Shown: positions 50,828 to 61,999, counted from the stretch's first letter. The stretch is 64,000 nucleotides of DNA from Candidatus Kapaibacterium sp. (GCA_038240295.1 JBBSDW010000001.1:24875-88874); one strand, 5' to 3'. The notes: generated from the letters alone by a model not told the origin. Numbers and translations are program-made.

Positions 50828-52109
50828 CCTTTCCTACGACCGCATTAAGTACGACTAAACTTTTGGCAAAATCGCCGAGCGATTCGACATACGATTGCCG
50901 AAGCTCATTATAGGTTCGCGCTGCATCGAGAAAGTCGATGAGCGAAGTGCCGCCGCGCCGATAGGCATATTCGATCGCCGAGCGAACGTCGAGCGATTTG
51001 CCGAGAACGCTCTCGCCGAGCGTCCGCAATGCCTGCTGTTTATTTGCGGCGTCAAACCACGCGTTCGTCACATCGGCGCGCAATTGGATCAGCGCCGATT
51101 CCGTCTGCGCTTTCGTTTCCGCCTCACGTATCGCGGCTTTCTCGATCTCACCCTGATTGCGGTTGAAGAGCGGAAGCGGAATCGAGACGGTTGTGCCGTA
51201 ATAGGTGATCTCCTGCGAGCGCAAATAATCGAGCGAGACGTTCAAGTCGATCGTTGCGAGCGAACGCTGAAGTTCGGTGTTCGTCCGGGCTTCTTCTTCG
51301 GTCGCACGCAGGACGCGAATATCTGTTCGCCGTTCTTCAGCGATCGCAATGAGCGAGTCAAGCCTTGGAAGCGGCTGCATTGCGACCGAGCGAATCGCGA
51401 TAAAGGCCGACGTATCCGGCTGTAGAGGTTCGCTTGTCTTGAGTCCCGTTCGTCCCATCAGCGCGTAGAGCGTGACGCGGGTCGCGCGATTATCTTCGAA
51501 AGTGCGAAGCGTCTCGAGTTTGAATTTGTCGCGTTCTACTTCGGAGCGTGTGAGTTCGACCGGGGCAATATCCCGATCCTTGACGCGGATCTTGCTCAGA
51601 CTCACCAATGAATCGAGAAGTGTGAGGTTTTCGCTTGAAGCATAGGCTCGTTCGGCCGTGCTCGCGAAGTCGATATACGCAGATCGAACGGCAAGCGTTG
51701 TTTGCCGCAAAGCATCTTCATATTGAAGCTGCGCAACGTTCAGCGCGGCATTCGATTGCTTCAGACGCGCATCGCGCTTGCCTCCAAGTTCGATTGGGAT
51801 GCCGAGCGAGACGCCATAATTTTTATCTTTGGCGGTCAGGCCTTCGCTCGGCAGAATATCTGCGTTGAGCGTCAGTGAGGGATTTGGCAAGAGTCCGGCA
51901 GTGATCTGATCCGCTTCAGCTGCATGCTGCTCGTAGCGAAGCGAGCGGAGTGAAGCATTGTTGGCTATCGCTTCGCTAAGCGCATTGTGCATCGAGAGCA
52001 CCCCGCCGGATGCCGCAGGCTGCGCATGTGCATTGCTGAGCGCACAGCAAACAAGTGCGCTCACGATAAAGGAAAATGTCTTATTGATCTTGTGCATACG
52101 TGCATCCAT
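50805..52109 (-). CDS. czcC: TolC-family outer-membrane efflux protein (CzcC-like)
   Basis: Signal peptide, two OEP repeats, coiled-coil-rich. Confidence 0.85.
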   Translation of the reverse strand: MDARMHKINKTFSFIVSALVCCALSNAHAQPAASGGVLSMHNALSEAIANNASLRSLRYEQHAAEADQITAGLLPNPSLTLNADILPSEGLTAKDKNYGVSLGIPIELGGKRDARLKQSNAALNVAQLQYEDALRQTTLAVRSAYIDFASTAERAYASSENLTLLDSLVSLSKIRVKDRDIAPVELTRSEVERDKFKLETLRTFEDNRATRVTLYALMGRTGLKTSEPLQPDTSAFIAIRSVAMQPLPRLDSLIAIAEERRTDIRVLRATEEEARTNTELQRSLATIDLNVSLDYLRSQEITYYGTTVSIPLPLFNRNQGEIEKAAIREAETKAQTESALIQLRADVTNAWFDAANKQQALRTLGESVLGKSLDVRSAIEYAYRRGGTSLIDFLDAARTYNELRQSYVESLGDFAKSLVVLNAVVGKDVFNEFE

Positions 52110-52217
52110 CGACGATTGCGATCCTGATGCTGAAAATGTTTAGCAAGGAATAGAATCAGTACCGAATCACACTCCAGTACTGGGAGTGAATCGGATAATG
52201 GGAAGGATCGGAACCAG

Positions 52218-52733
52218 CTAAATGAGTATTCGGAGGAAGGAGATCGTGCGATCCACGAGTGGGATCACCAGCGCACGTGTTGGTTCGGGAGCCGAAATGT
52301 AGACAGCAATTTCATAGACGAGGTCCGATTGCGATTCACCATCAAGCACTGTCGGCGAATCGACATCCTCATAAACGATCGTACCGCTAAACTTTACAGG
52401 TGCCTGAAGCGTCGTCGCGGAGTGCGAAGCAAGCTGAACCGGAATTCCCACGACCGAAGGAGCATCGGCTGTTGTACCCGAATCAAATTGAGAATCGAGG
52501 ATCGCTGGGTTATCATGATAGTGCATGTCACCAGTGACAGCTGCATAGATCACGTCGATATTGATCGCATCCAGCAGATAGGTCATCATTACCACGCAGG
52601 CGAGAACGCGCGCCACATGCCGCATCACTCGCACGAGGCGTGTGGCGTGGCGTGGGTTTTCCCCGAATGCGATATGTCGGATAAGTGATAGCACTGTTCG
52701 AGTGAACCCGAACGGGATCGCGTTGGGTTCCAA
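52218..52733 (-). CDS. Small hypothetical secreted protein upstream of czcCBA
   Basis: ORF with a hydrophobic N-terminal region; probable start at the internal MRHVARVLACVVMM. Confidence 0.3.
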   Translation of the reverse strand: MEPNAIPFGFTRTVLSLIRHIAFGENPRHATRLVRVMRHVARVLACVVMMTYLLDAINIDVIYAAVTGDMHYHDNPAILDSQFDSGTTADAPSVVGIPVQLASHSATTLQAPVKFSGTIVYEDVDSPTVLDGESQSDLVYEIAVYISAPEPTRALVIPLVDRTISFLRILI

Positions 52734-52756
52734 ACCAATATTTCAAATAGGTAAAG

Positions 52757-53293
52757 ATGGAGCAAAAGATTGTGACAGTACCAAATCGGGACAGGACGCA
52801 GGGCGGTGCCGATCGGAAGGAAATTCTCCGGGGCGAACTCGAAGCGCTTTTAAGCATGGATGAACCACTCATCACACTTTTTTCCAATGCCGCCGCTTTT
52901 ATTTACGACGCACTGGATCGGCTCAATTGGGCAGGCTTTTATTTTTTGAAAGGCGATTCACTTTTTCTTGGGCCATTTATTGGCAAGCCAGCGTGTACGC
53001 GTATTGAGAATGGAAAAGGTGTTTGTGGAGCAAGTGTGATACGACGCGAGGTTCTGGTTGTCGATGATGTCGATGCGTTTCCGGGTCACATTGCCTGCGA
53101 TTCGGCTTCGCGTTCCGAGATCGTGCTTCCACTCATTCTCGCGAGTGGTCGCGTTCTCGGTGTGCTCGATGTCGATAGTCCCGATCTGGAAAGATTTTCC
53201 ATCGAGGAGCGAGCGTTGCTCGAAGCGCTGCGAGATGTGATCGTTTCTAAGCTTGACCGAATGGTGAGTCTTGACGAAGCGATCTTTGTTTGA
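52757..53293 (+). CDS. GAF-domain free methionine-(R)-sulfoxide reductase (fRMsr/MsrC-like)
   Basis: GAF domain with KGVCG and HIACDSASRSEIVLPL motifs typical of fRMsr. Confidence 0.7.
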   Translation: MEQKIVTVPNRDRTQGGADRKEILRGELEALLSMDEPLITLFSNAAAFIYDALDRLNWAGFYFLKGDSLFLGPFIGKPACTRIENGKGVCGASVIRREVLVVDDVDAFPGHIACDSASRSEIVLPLILASGRVLGVLDVDSPDLERFSIEERALLEALRDVIVSKLDRMVSLDEAIFV

Positions 53294-55333
53294 TCATTTC
53301 GTCTGCAGTTCGGCTGCGAGCGGCGTCTGCACTTCGACCGTGACCGTTCGGCAATAGTAACGCCCTTCCGGCAGGTCGTTGCTATAGACCTGACGGTTTG
53401 ATCCGACGCCTTCGGTCCTGAGAATCTGCGTGTTGCTTTTATCGGCAAGGATAAGATCGCGCACGGCAAAGGCTCTACCCTGCGAAAGTTGCTGATTGTG
53501 TTTTGCTTCACCCAGATTATCGGTCGAGCCGATGATCGTCGATTTCGAACTATCGAGAATTGAATGCGCGACAAAGTGCGAGATCATCCGTTGATTTTGC
53601 GGAGTGATCGCCGACTTATCGAAATCGAAGACGATCAAACTCAGTCTGCTTAGTTCAAACGGATTCGTCGACTTCGCACTCGGGATTGATGTTCGACTGG
53701 TTGAACTAAGCCCGTCGCGGCCGTTTACGATCAAATTGCAATGAAGAGAATCGAGCGGATGGGTAGCGCTTGCGACGTTTGCGGTTGCCTGACTCGTGAT
53801 CGGCCAGTTGATATTCGTCGGAGGTCTTCCGAGGCCCGAGGTCTGCCAGATATTTTTATCTCTGGCGTCGACTGTCAATTTCCAGTGTTCGACATCGGCA
53901 GGATGATCCGTCTCAACGGCGAATGGTACCGATGCCGGTTCGTACGCATATTCTTTAAAGCGTTCGTGCAGGATCGGTCGCAGCAATTCGTCGTTCGGGC
54001 TGGTCAGTTCGACGCGTCTGTTTTCCTCGATGCCTTGCGGAAATTCGAGCGTCGATGGGAATGTCGGTCGCGTGCTGGTCGAAATCGTTATCCGCTGCGG
54101 CGCCACGCTCCAGGTATTTACGAGATACGACTTCACGCTTTCGGCACGCGCATTTGCGAGTTCAAGCGAGGCAGCTTCCGATGGGGTTTCTTTTCCATCG
54201 GTGGTTCCGTTGAGCACAAGTGCATAACTGCTGTCACGTGCCATCCTGCTTCCGATGACATTCAGAATATGATGATAGGCTTCGAGCGAATGGTGCGGCA
54301 GATCGGTCTCTTGGAATGAACGGGTGTCGTTGACGGCGATCGGATGATATCGAACGGGAAGCTGCGCGTTCGCGCTATCGAAGAAGACATAAGGCAAAAG
54401 TGGGAATGTCTCAGTCACGATCGTTTCGACGATCGTCAAGTGCGGAGCATTTACCGTAGAGAGCAATGCGATCGGCGGCACTGGCTGCATTTTTTTCTGA
54501 GCAAGCACCGGTGGCACGAGATTCGGCGCATCGGGAAGTTCGAGGCCCGGAGGTGAATATCGAAGTGCAAGTCCAAATTCGAGCGAGCTTACTTTCCAGC
54601 TATAGCCACTGACAATTCCTGTAAAGGGCAAGTAGTAGCGCACTTCGGGAGCGGCAGTGAGTCCGACACCGAACGGAAATTGATAGCCGAGCGCACCGGC
54701 CATTCCAACCGGCATCTTGATCCCGGCGATCGCACCCGTCGCAACATCGCGCGTTGTCGTGTGCGTCTGAGGATAGACGACCCCTTGCGGCGAAAGGATC
54801 TGTTCGGTCTGATGATAGCTCGATGAGCCGAGCGGCGCACTAACGTTAAGTGTCGCCCGCGCATAAAGTGGAAATGTCGCTATCGGTTTATATTCGAGTC
54901 CGACATCGAGAACCGCGAACCCAAGATTTGCACTCGCGCTGTTCTTGCGAAGCAAGGTCACATACTGATTCGTGTTTGGATCGAGAATAGGAAGTAAACC
55001 CGAATTGACAACGCCGAACGTACCTCCGCGCTGCGCATATTGCAGGCTTGCGTAGAGCCCCATCCCCTCCGTGAAAAAAGGCAGCGTACCGAACGCGCCT
55101 AACGAAAATCCACTGCCTGTTCCCTGATCAAAATTTCCGCAGTTGACACAGTTCTGAAATAGCTGCTCCTGCGTTTTATGGAAGTTGAGGGAGTATCCGC
55201 TTAAGAGCCCGAGCGAAAAAGATTGCGGCGAATAATTTTCAGTCGCCTCCTGCGCGAATGCAGAAGTCGCAATCATGAGCATGAGCATGCCGGCAAGTGC
55301 GCAGCTCACTGTATGAAGAGATTTAAAAAGCAA
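53294..55333 (-). CDS. OmpA-family outer-membrane protein (N-terminal beta-barrel region plus C-terminal OmpA/MotB peptidoglycan-binding domain)
   Basis: Signal peptide. C-terminal FDFDKSAI...NQQLSQGRAFAV OmpA-like domain. Confidence 0.8.
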   Translation of the reverse strand: MLFKSLHTVSCALAGMLMLMIATSAFAQEATENYSPQSFSLGLLSGYSLNFHKTQEQLFQNCVNCGNFDQGTGSGFSLGAFGTLPFFTEGMGLYASLQYAQRGGTFGVVNSGLLPILDPNTNQYVTLLRKNSASANLGFAVLDVGLEYKPIATFPLYARATLNVSAPLGSSSYHQTEQILSPQGVVYPQTHTTTRDVATGAIAGIKMPVGMAGALGYQFPFGVGLTAAPEVRYYLPFTGIVSGYSWKVSSLEFGLALRYSPPGLELPDAPNLVPPVLAQKKMQPVPPIALLSTVNAPHLTIVETIVTETFPLLPYVFFDSANAQLPVRYHPIAVNDTRSFQETDLPHHSLEAYHHILNVIGSRMARDSSYALVLNGTTDGKETPSEAASLELANARAESVKSYLVNTWSVAPQRITISTSTRPTFPSTLEFPQGIEENRRVELTSPNDELLRPILHERFKEYAYEPASVPFAVETDHPADVEHWKLTVDARDKNIWQTSGLGRPPTNINWPITSQATANVASATHPLDSLHCNLIVNGRDGLSSTSRTSIPSAKSTNPFELSRLSLIVFDFDKSAITPQNQRMISHFVAHSILDSSKSTIIGSTDNLGEAKHNQQLSQGRAFAVRDLILADKSNTQILRTEGVGSNRQVYSNDLPEGRYYCRTVTVEVQTPLAAELQTK

Positions 55334-55355
55334 TCGGAACAGCGTAATTATTGGT

Positions 55356-58300
55356 CTAACGGACGATCATCATTCGTCGCGTATCGTGATAACTTCCAGC
55401 CTCGAAGCGGATGTAGTAAGCTCCGGGGGCACATCCTGTGAGGTCGAGATCGACGGAATATTTTCCGCCTTTCATCAATGTATAACCATCGAGCGGCCTC
55501 GAAACGACTGCACCGGTCGCACTGTAGACTTTCATCGAAGCGTAGGCATCTTCAACAAATTCGACATCGAGCTTCACGCGGCCGTTCGATGGGTTCGGCG
55601 ATGGGATCGAGATCGAATTGATACCACCTTTGAATTCAAGATAGGAAATATTGCAGCGCGGATCGACGCGCACGCTTGTTGTGTCGCCCATCGGCACTGG
55701 CGTAATCCAGAGATCCGAATCGCTCGTGAAGAGCGCCGGCGCAAGGATCATTTTCGTAACAATACTATCCGGGACTGCGACAACAAACTTGATCCGAGCG
55801 ATCTCACCCTTCTTGACATTCTGCGCTTTGGGCAGTGAGATCGAAAGGCCTGCGCCAATTTGTTTTATTACCGGCGTCGCATAGCTCGAGGTTGCGCTCA
55901 CATATTGCAGCGCACGGCGATCGTAGACGAGCGAATACTTGATGTCGATCGGATTCAGCGGGAAATCTCGATCGATCATGATCGGTACATACACCGTATC
56001 CGAAATCACTCCGGCAACTGAATCGATCGAGCTTACGGTACCGCCGATCACAAGGTTTAGCGGAAAGGGCGGCGCATAGCCGAAACTATGCAGGCTCCCG
56101 CTGTCATTGATCGGACAGGGACTATTCGAGACCGAAAAAAGCGAGGTATCGAATGTTGCTTGCGCGCGCGGACAAAACCTCACGGTCAGTACGATCGAGT
56201 CACCTGGCGCAAGGATCGCTGGGTATGGCTTGTTGCTTGCGACTACGGAATGCCACTTAGGCAAGCCTACAAGCGAATCGAAGCGAACCGGAATCAGACC
56301 GGGATTCCTCACCGTCACAAATCGATCGTCACACGAACGCGCATTTACCGTATCGAATCTGGTGCCTCGCGAGATCGCGATCATCGGCTGCGCGATCTCG
56401 ACATATCCTTTATCGATACCGGCGACGATCTTAAAAAAGACAAGCGAATCGCTATCGAAGAAAATACTGTCGATCGAAATTGGAAATTTCGTCGCTCCGC
56501 CCCTCACGACGAACTTCACATAGGCGATGACTCCCGCCTGCACGTTGCGCGCATCTTTCAGATTTGCATGCGCACCGTCTGTAGAATCTTTAATGGTTGC
56601 AAGGGCGGTGTATTGCGACTGGATGCCGATAATTCTGAGCGCTGTTGTGTCGTATCCAAGCCTGAAAATGATGTCGATGATATTCTGCGGGATCGCGCGG
56701 CTGAGCATGATCGGCAGCGTGAGCGTGTCGCAGGTGTTCAGTACGATCGTATCGCGATCGACCTTGGCGGTGTCAAAAGCCATTTGCAATCCAAAGGCTG
56801 GAGCGAACCCACTACCCATGACGAGTATCGATGTATCGATGCCATCGCACGGAAACACCGTATGCAAAAGCATCCTCGCGATATAGGTCTTGGGCGCACG
56901 CGGGAAGAAATTCACCTTGACCGAAAATTTCTCACCACGATGGATCACCCACGGCAGCGGTGCACCTGTCGAGGCAACGACGCTGAATACTTTTTGATCG
57001 GGTTGAAACGAGACCCAATCGATAACGACACTATCGCCGCTCGGATTAACGAACGGATCGGGCACTGCAATATCGACGGCGATCGCCTGCGCGCTCGTGT
57101 CGACGCGGGTTGCAGGAAAATTGACGAGCACTTTGCTCGGTTGAAAATTGAGCTCTCGCCGTCCGCTTAGGATCGTGGTATAGGTTTGCGACCAGCCCGG
57201 CGTATGTGCAGCGATATGGAGCGTTGCGTTGAGCAGCACGTTCGCCTGAATAGCCGGGATGTTGGGACAGAATGAAATCGTGAGCGTATCACCCGATCCG
57301 GGTGGAATCCTGTAAGGCGCCGTTGTACCAGCGATGAACGAACTCCAACGATAAACCGTCGGATTCGGATTTGGCACACCGGCTCCGTCGATCCAGATCG
57401 AATCAATCGTGATCGGAACGAGATTGCTGTAGTTCGGAAGCGGTATCGATCGGTTGAGACAATCGCACGGCTTGATCAAGCTATAATTGACAAAGCTGAG
57501 TGGAACCTCGAGTTTTACAAGTTGCCCATTGCCGGTTAGTACACCGCCATAACTGATCGTACATGGTTGATCCGTCTGCACGGTGATGGGACCATCGTAG
57601 CTCGTCTGGGTCGTTGGTTTGAACTGCACATAAACCCATAGGCTATCGCGCGGCTGCAGGAGATCTGGCAGCGGCGGGTTTGTGCTGAGCACAGTGTAGC
57701 CAGGCGGCACATTGATAGCTGTGATGTGCAGCGGGATCGAACTATTATTTTCGAGTAGGATGCTATCCGTTTTTTGCCAGCCGACTTCTACGGTTTGAAA
57801 TGTGGTGAGTGGCGTTACATACAGTTTCGGCGCAAGGCTCGTCGCACGAATGAGCAATTCATATTTTTCGCCATTCGATAGATTGATATCGATGTAGCCA
57901 TCGTCGGCACGATCGAGCACGAGATCGTTCGGGCAATAGGTTACGATATACTGGATCGCAGTGCCCGCTTTGAAGAGTCCCGCATGCGTTGCGCTCACGA
58001 GTTTCATCTTTCCGCTTGGATCGATGAGTTGATCGTTCGTGACCGTAAGATCGGAACTTGTGATGTTCGTCGCCGTGATCGTATCGGTTTGACACTGACA
58101 TCCGATCACATCCGTGATCGGCAGATAAGGCGGCTGAAATGAAAGATCCTGAAAGACACCCGTGCCCGTGATCGGAATTTCGATCGTACTAAAACATCCT
58201 TCGTCGAATACGGCAAGTGTGTCAACGTAATTCTTTAACTCTCGCGGCCTGAATTCGACGGTGATCGTTTTGGTCTGCCCCGGCTGGATCGTAAACGATT

Positions 58301-60296
58301 TTCCTCCGACGATCGTGAAGACGTCCCCAATCTTTAAATACGAAGCAAGATCGCGGGCATTGGCTCCGTGATTGGTCACCGTCGCAGTTAATTGCAGTGT
58401 CTTACCGATCGTGACATTTCCATACGCGATCAACGCTTGATTGAACGAAAAGTCGACGGATATGCCGCTGCCACTTAATCCTATGCGCTTGACGATCGTG
58501 CATCCATGATAATGGGAATAGACTTTCATTTCCCCGGCCACAGGACCCGGCGCAGTAGGTTTGAATCTTACGTAAACAGCCTGATACGCATTCTTGGGTG
58601 CAAGCTTGATCGGGAAGCGAAAGGACGGTCCAAAAAACTGCGGCTGACTGTAGGTGATCGAATCGATGTAGACCGTATCGACGGTGAGCCCGCGATATTG
58701 ATAGAGTCTCACGCTCGAGATCTGCGTTGGACAAACAGCTTCGAAGGCCATCGTATCGACGATGCGCTTGCCATCAGTTGCGAGCAATGCGATCACCGCC
58801 TGCGACCTTCCGTAGATCGGGATCACCCCGCTGCCCGGGCACGCATCGTTACTCTTGATACGAAGTGTGTCATAGAGCGTCTTTGAAGAATCGAGCTGAT
58901 CAAAATGGACCATCATGATCCAGCACTGGCCTGGCTGAAGTGTCAGCGGCAACGCGCCAAATCCTCCAGCCGGATGCCACGTGAAATAATTCGAATCGAA
59001 CTGTGCACCGGAGATGGTGACAGGCGTGCCGGCGATGTTGCAAATCTTTACCGTGTCCTCATAGAACTTCGTTTCTTCGCATCCGACATAAAGCGTATCG
59101 AACTTCACCGAGCCTGTAGAGTAACTTAGCTGCGTTGTTCGGTTGATCGTGATCGGTACCGAGAGCGGTGTGCCGCACCTGTTCGCGCTTGTTATCACCA
59201 GATTCGCAGTGAGCGTCCCGATCTGGTTGGCGTGCAGATCCATCGTTACCTGCTGACCTACATTTTGCGACAGTACGAGTGACTTTGAAGAAAGCGTGAA
59301 CAACCCAGCTGAGGCACCGCTCACACTTAGATTGACCCGATCGCCGCAAAACGAAGTGTCGGTGATCGTAAAAACAAAGGTTGTATCGCTTGTGCACGCA
59401 AGCGATGTTGCGACGGATGCGGGAAGTACCGTATAGGTTAGCGGGACGACGCGAGTGCTTACATCACAGTGTGCACCGCTTCGCATCCTGCCGATCATGT
59501 GACCTGCTGCATCGCAAAGGAATTGGGTGCCTACAGGTTCGTTGCACCTGAAATACATGATGAGCCCAGGCTCATTTCCACTTAGTGAAAGAAGTCGCTG
59601 GCAGTCGACCTCATGCTGCGAAAGTGCGCGGCGCCACAATCGGACTTCGTCGAGTTGCCCAAGGAATGCACGGTAGCGCGACGAATCATCATAGAGCGCG
59701 TTGCAGCTTGCGAGCTGCATGCCGAGCGCCGAACTTTCGATCGGATGAAGATGCGTGATCGGATATTGCACGTTGCCGGTTCTCGCGACTTCCTGACCAT
59801 CGACGAGTAACCTTCCCTGCGTCGATTGTCCATCCCACACGGCTGCGATGTGCACCCAGCCTCGCGTATAGAGGTCGGGTATGAGCGCCTGCACAATCGT
59901 GTTATCGAGATCGCCTTTAAATGATCCATCGGGACTGAGCGCAAAGACAAGTTCGTTGTCCTCGATATAAACGACCCACTGATCGTTGTTGTCTTTGTTC
60001 GGTCCCCAGAGTCCAGCGACAAATTGCCGCTTGCCCGGTTGCGGCTTTGGTGCGATCCAGGCCTCGAACGTCATCGCAGTATCCATCGCGCGCATGACAT
60101 AAGACGTATCGATATCGACATACTGCGCGCCCTTGCCAGCCGTCACCCGAATCGTAAGCGCATTGCCAACGCATGATTTATCTCCATCGCATTTCGCTGG
60201 ATACTGTGCACGTACGTCGCTGCTCAACAAAAGCGCGATCATCGCGACGCAACCCAGGAGCACTCGGATGGCCGAATGGTGACGATTGAAGTTCAT
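55356..60296 (-). CDS. Giant cell-surface protein (1646 aa): LamG/ConA-like lectin domain, many Ig-like beta-sandwich repeats, T9SS C-terminal sorting domain
   Basis: Signal peptide. LamG-like FEAWIAPKP...WVHIAAVWDG...LDEVRLWRRAL. Repetitive beta-sandwich modules. C-terminal KVYSATGAVV...GAYYIRF domain. Confidence 0.8.
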   Translation of the reverse strand: MNFNRHHSAIRVLLGCVAMIALLLSSDVRAQYPAKCDGDKSCVGNALTIRVTAGKGAQYVDIDTSYVMRAMDTAMTFEAWIAPKPQPGKRQFVAGLWGPNKDNNDQWVVYIEDNELVFALSPDGSFKGDLDNTIVQALIPDLYTRGWVHIAAVWDGQSTQGRLLVDGQEVARTGNVQYPITHLHPIESSALGMQLASCNALYDDSSRYRAFLGQLDEVRLWRRALSQHEVDCQRLLSLSGNEPGLIMYFRCNEPVGTQFLCDAAGHMIGRMRSGAHCDVSTRVVPLTYTVLPASVATSLACTSDTTFVFTITDTSFCGDRVNLSVSGASAGLFTLSSKSLVLSQNVGQQVTMDLHANQIGTLTANLVITSANRCGTPLSVPITINRTTQLSYSTGSVKFDTLYVGCEETKFYEDTVKICNIAGTPVTISGAQFDSNYFTWHPAGGFGALPLTLQPGQCWIMMVHFDQLDSSKTLYDTLRIKSNDACPGSGVIPIYGRSQAVIALLATDGKRIVDTMAFEAVCPTQISSVRLYQYRGLTVDTVYIDSITYSQPQFFGPSFRFPIKLAPKNAYQAVYVRFKPTAPGPVAGEMKVYSHYHGCTIVKRIGLSGSGISVDFSFNQALIAYGNVTIGKTLQLTATVTNHGANARDLASYLKIGDVFTIVGGKSFTIQPGQTKTITVEFRPRELKNYVDTLAVFDEGCFSTIEIPITGTGVFQDLSFQPPYLPITDVIGCQCQTDTITATNITSSDLTVTNDQLIDPSGKMKLVSATHAGLFKAGTAIQYIVTYCPNDLVLDRADDGYIDINLSNGEKYELLIRATSLAPKLYVTPLTTFQTVEVGWQKTDSILLENNSSIPLHITAINVPPGYTVLSTNPPLPDLLQPRDSLWVYVQFKPTTQTSYDGPITVQTDQPCTISYGGVLTGNGQLVKLEVPLSFVNYSLIKPCDCLNRSIPLPNYSNLVPITIDSIWIDGAGVPNPNPTVYRWSSFIAGTTAPYRIPPGSGDTLTISFCPNIPAIQANVLLNATLHIAAHTPGWSQTYTTILSGRRELNFQPSKVLVNFPATRVDTSAQAIAVDIAVPDPFVNPSGDSVVIDWVSFQPDQKVFSVVASTGAPLPWVIHRGEKFSVKVNFFPRAPKTYIARMLLHTVFPCDGIDTSILVMGSGFAPAFGLQMAFDTAKVDRDTIVLNTCDTLTLPIMLSRAIPQNIIDIIFRLGYDTTALRIIGIQSQYTALATIKDSTDGAHANLKDARNVQAGVIAYVKFVVRGGATKFPISIDSIFFDSDSLVFFKIVAGIDKGYVEIAQPMIAISRGTRFDTVNARSCDDRFVTVRNPGLIPVRFDSLVGLPKWHSVVASNKPYPAILAPGDSIVLTVRFCPRAQATFDTSLFSVSNSPCPINDSGSLHSFGYAPPFPLNLVIGGTVSSIDSVAGVISDTVYVPIMIDRDFPLNPIDIKYSLVYDRRALQYVSATSSYATPVIKQIGAGLSISLPKAQNVKKGEIARIKFVVAVPDSIVTKMILAPALFTSDSDLWITPVPMGDTTSVRVDPRCNISYLEFKGGINSISIPSPNPSNGRVKLDVEFVEDAYASMKVYSATGAVVSRPLDGYTLMKGGKYSVDLDLTGCAPGAYYIRFEAGSYHDTRRMMIVR

Positions 60297-60326
60297 GCCC
60301 GGAAGCGAATTAAAGCTGTAGCAGTA

Positions 60327-61931
60327 TTAACGTACACATTCGATCATGTGCGTGATCCGCTCTGTGCCTGCACTTACCGTACAGATGTAGGTACCGCTCG
60401 CGAGCGGCCTTCCAGTGATCTGCATTGGATCGAACGGGATCTGATGCAGCCCGGCCGCAAGTCTCCGCTGAAGGATCGCGCCCAGATGCTGACCAGCGAT
60501 GTTCGAGATCTCGATCGAAACATCGCTCGCATTATCAAGCGAAAGCTGCAGCATCGTAGTCGTCGCAAAGGGATTCGGATAATTCGAAAGCACCATTGAG
60601 CTTGCCTGAGCGGGAGTGCTGTTGATCCCGCGCTGCGTCTTGATCACGCCGAGCGGCTCGACGGTGATATCATCCGAAGGCAATTGCAACACTGCTTTCG
60701 CATCTACTGCGGCAAGCCCAAACCACTTTGTCAGCACGTCCATATAGACGCGGCGATAGTCGATCTGCTTTGGGACATCCCCGTTCTCATCAAGATTGCC
60801 GAGGTCGGGTGTTTGACCGAAGACGCCGGAATTGACCTGCGTACCAAATACGAACTGCACTGACGCAGCGCCATGATCGGTACCAAACGAGCCATTCTCC
60901 GCTGGGCGGCGGCCGAATTCGCTGACGGTCAATCCGATGACGCGATCTGCTTCGCCGAGCGCTACCATATCGTGCATGAACTGTGCGACACCATCGCCCA
61001 AATGACTCATGAGATTCGGATGCTGACCGCTATTAGGATCGGTCTGCTGCGTTACATGGGTATCGAATCCACCCAGCGAAACGACATACACTTTTGTTTG
61101 CAGGCCACCTGCGATGAGCGCTGCAACGGAAGCCATTTGCTGCCCAAGACTGTCGCTGCCGTAGGTTGCCTTCAACTTGGATTTTCCCGCAGCGTAGGCA
61201 TTCCGGATATTCAGCGCATAAGTGTTCGAGCGGCTCGCGATGTCGGAGACGAAGGCGTATTCGTCCGCGTAATGCGTGCCGGTCGCATTTGCATCCTGCG
61301 CATCGAGATCGGAGCTTACCCCTAACTGCTTGCTGGGATCGGAGACTTCAACGCCCATTCGCCCCTTATCGCTAATGAGCGTCAGCGAGAATCCGCCGAG
61401 CTGAATCGCAAGCGGATCGGGCGGCAGCGTTTGTGGAAAGCTCGGATATTGCTTTTCAAGCATACGCCCGACCCATCCGGTCGAGAGCAGATGATTCGGA
61501 TCGGAATCGTTTATGCCGCTGAGCCAGATATCGGTCGAACGAAAATGCGAAAGATTAGGATTGTCATATCCAACGCCTTGAACCACGGCTGCATACCCAG
61601 TCTGTAGAAGCCTCACCATGCCACCCTGACTTCCAGCTGCGAGCTTCGGCGCAAAGTAAAGATTGCCGATGACGTTCGTTGCATCGGTCTTCAGAATACC
61701 GATCGTCGGACGAAGATTATAGTAGTTGGCATCGTCGACTGGTATGACGGTATTGAGTCCGTCGTTGCCACCGAAAAGCTGGATCACGATCAGGATCTTA
61801 TCGGAGGCATCTTCCTCCATCTGCGCGAGCAACGGCATCGGTGAAGATGCTCGAACGGGAATGCCATTGAGCAGGATCGGCGCTGCTGCTGCCGTCGCGG
61901 CGAGCGACTGAAGAAATGTTCTACGCTTCAT
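60327..61931 (-). CDS. DUF1501-family (sulfatase-like) protein with a twin-arginine signal and a T9SS C-terminal domain
   Basis: MKRRTFLQSLAATAAAAPIL Tat motif. DUF1501 core (FGGNDGLNTVIP, DTHV). C-terminus SNYPNPFATTTMLQL...GTYICTV is a type-A T9SS C-terminal domain. Confidence 0.75.
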   Translation of the reverse strand: MKRRTFLQSLAATAAAAPILLNGIPVRASSPMPLLAQMEEDASDKILIVIQLFGGNDGLNTVIPVDDANYYNLRPTIGILKTDATNVIGNLYFAPKLAAGSQGGMVRLLQTGYAAVVQGVGYDNPNLSHFRSTDIWLSGINDSDPNHLLSTGWVGRMLEKQYPSFPQTLPPDPLAIQLGGFSLTLISDKGRMGVEVSDPSKQLGVSSDLDAQDANATGTHYADEYAFVSDIASRSNTYALNIRNAYAAGKSKLKATYGSDSLGQQMASVAALIAGGLQTKVYVVSLGGFDTHVTQQTDPNSGQHPNLMSHLGDGVAQFMHDMVALGEADRVIGLTVSEFGRRPAENGSFGTDHGAASVQFVFGTQVNSGVFGQTPDLGNLDENGDVPKQIDYRRVYMDVLTKWFGLAAVDAKAVLQLPSDDITVEPLGVIKTQRGINSTPAQASSMVLSNYPNPFATTTMLQLSLDNASDVSIEISNIAGQHLGAILQRRLAAGLHQIPFDPMQITGRPLASGTYICTVSAGTERITHMIECVR

Positions 61932-61999
61932 AATGCTCCGTTGATTTATGCGTTAGAGCTGTACGTGAAAAATTGTTATGATTTGCAAGCGGTGCGTGC

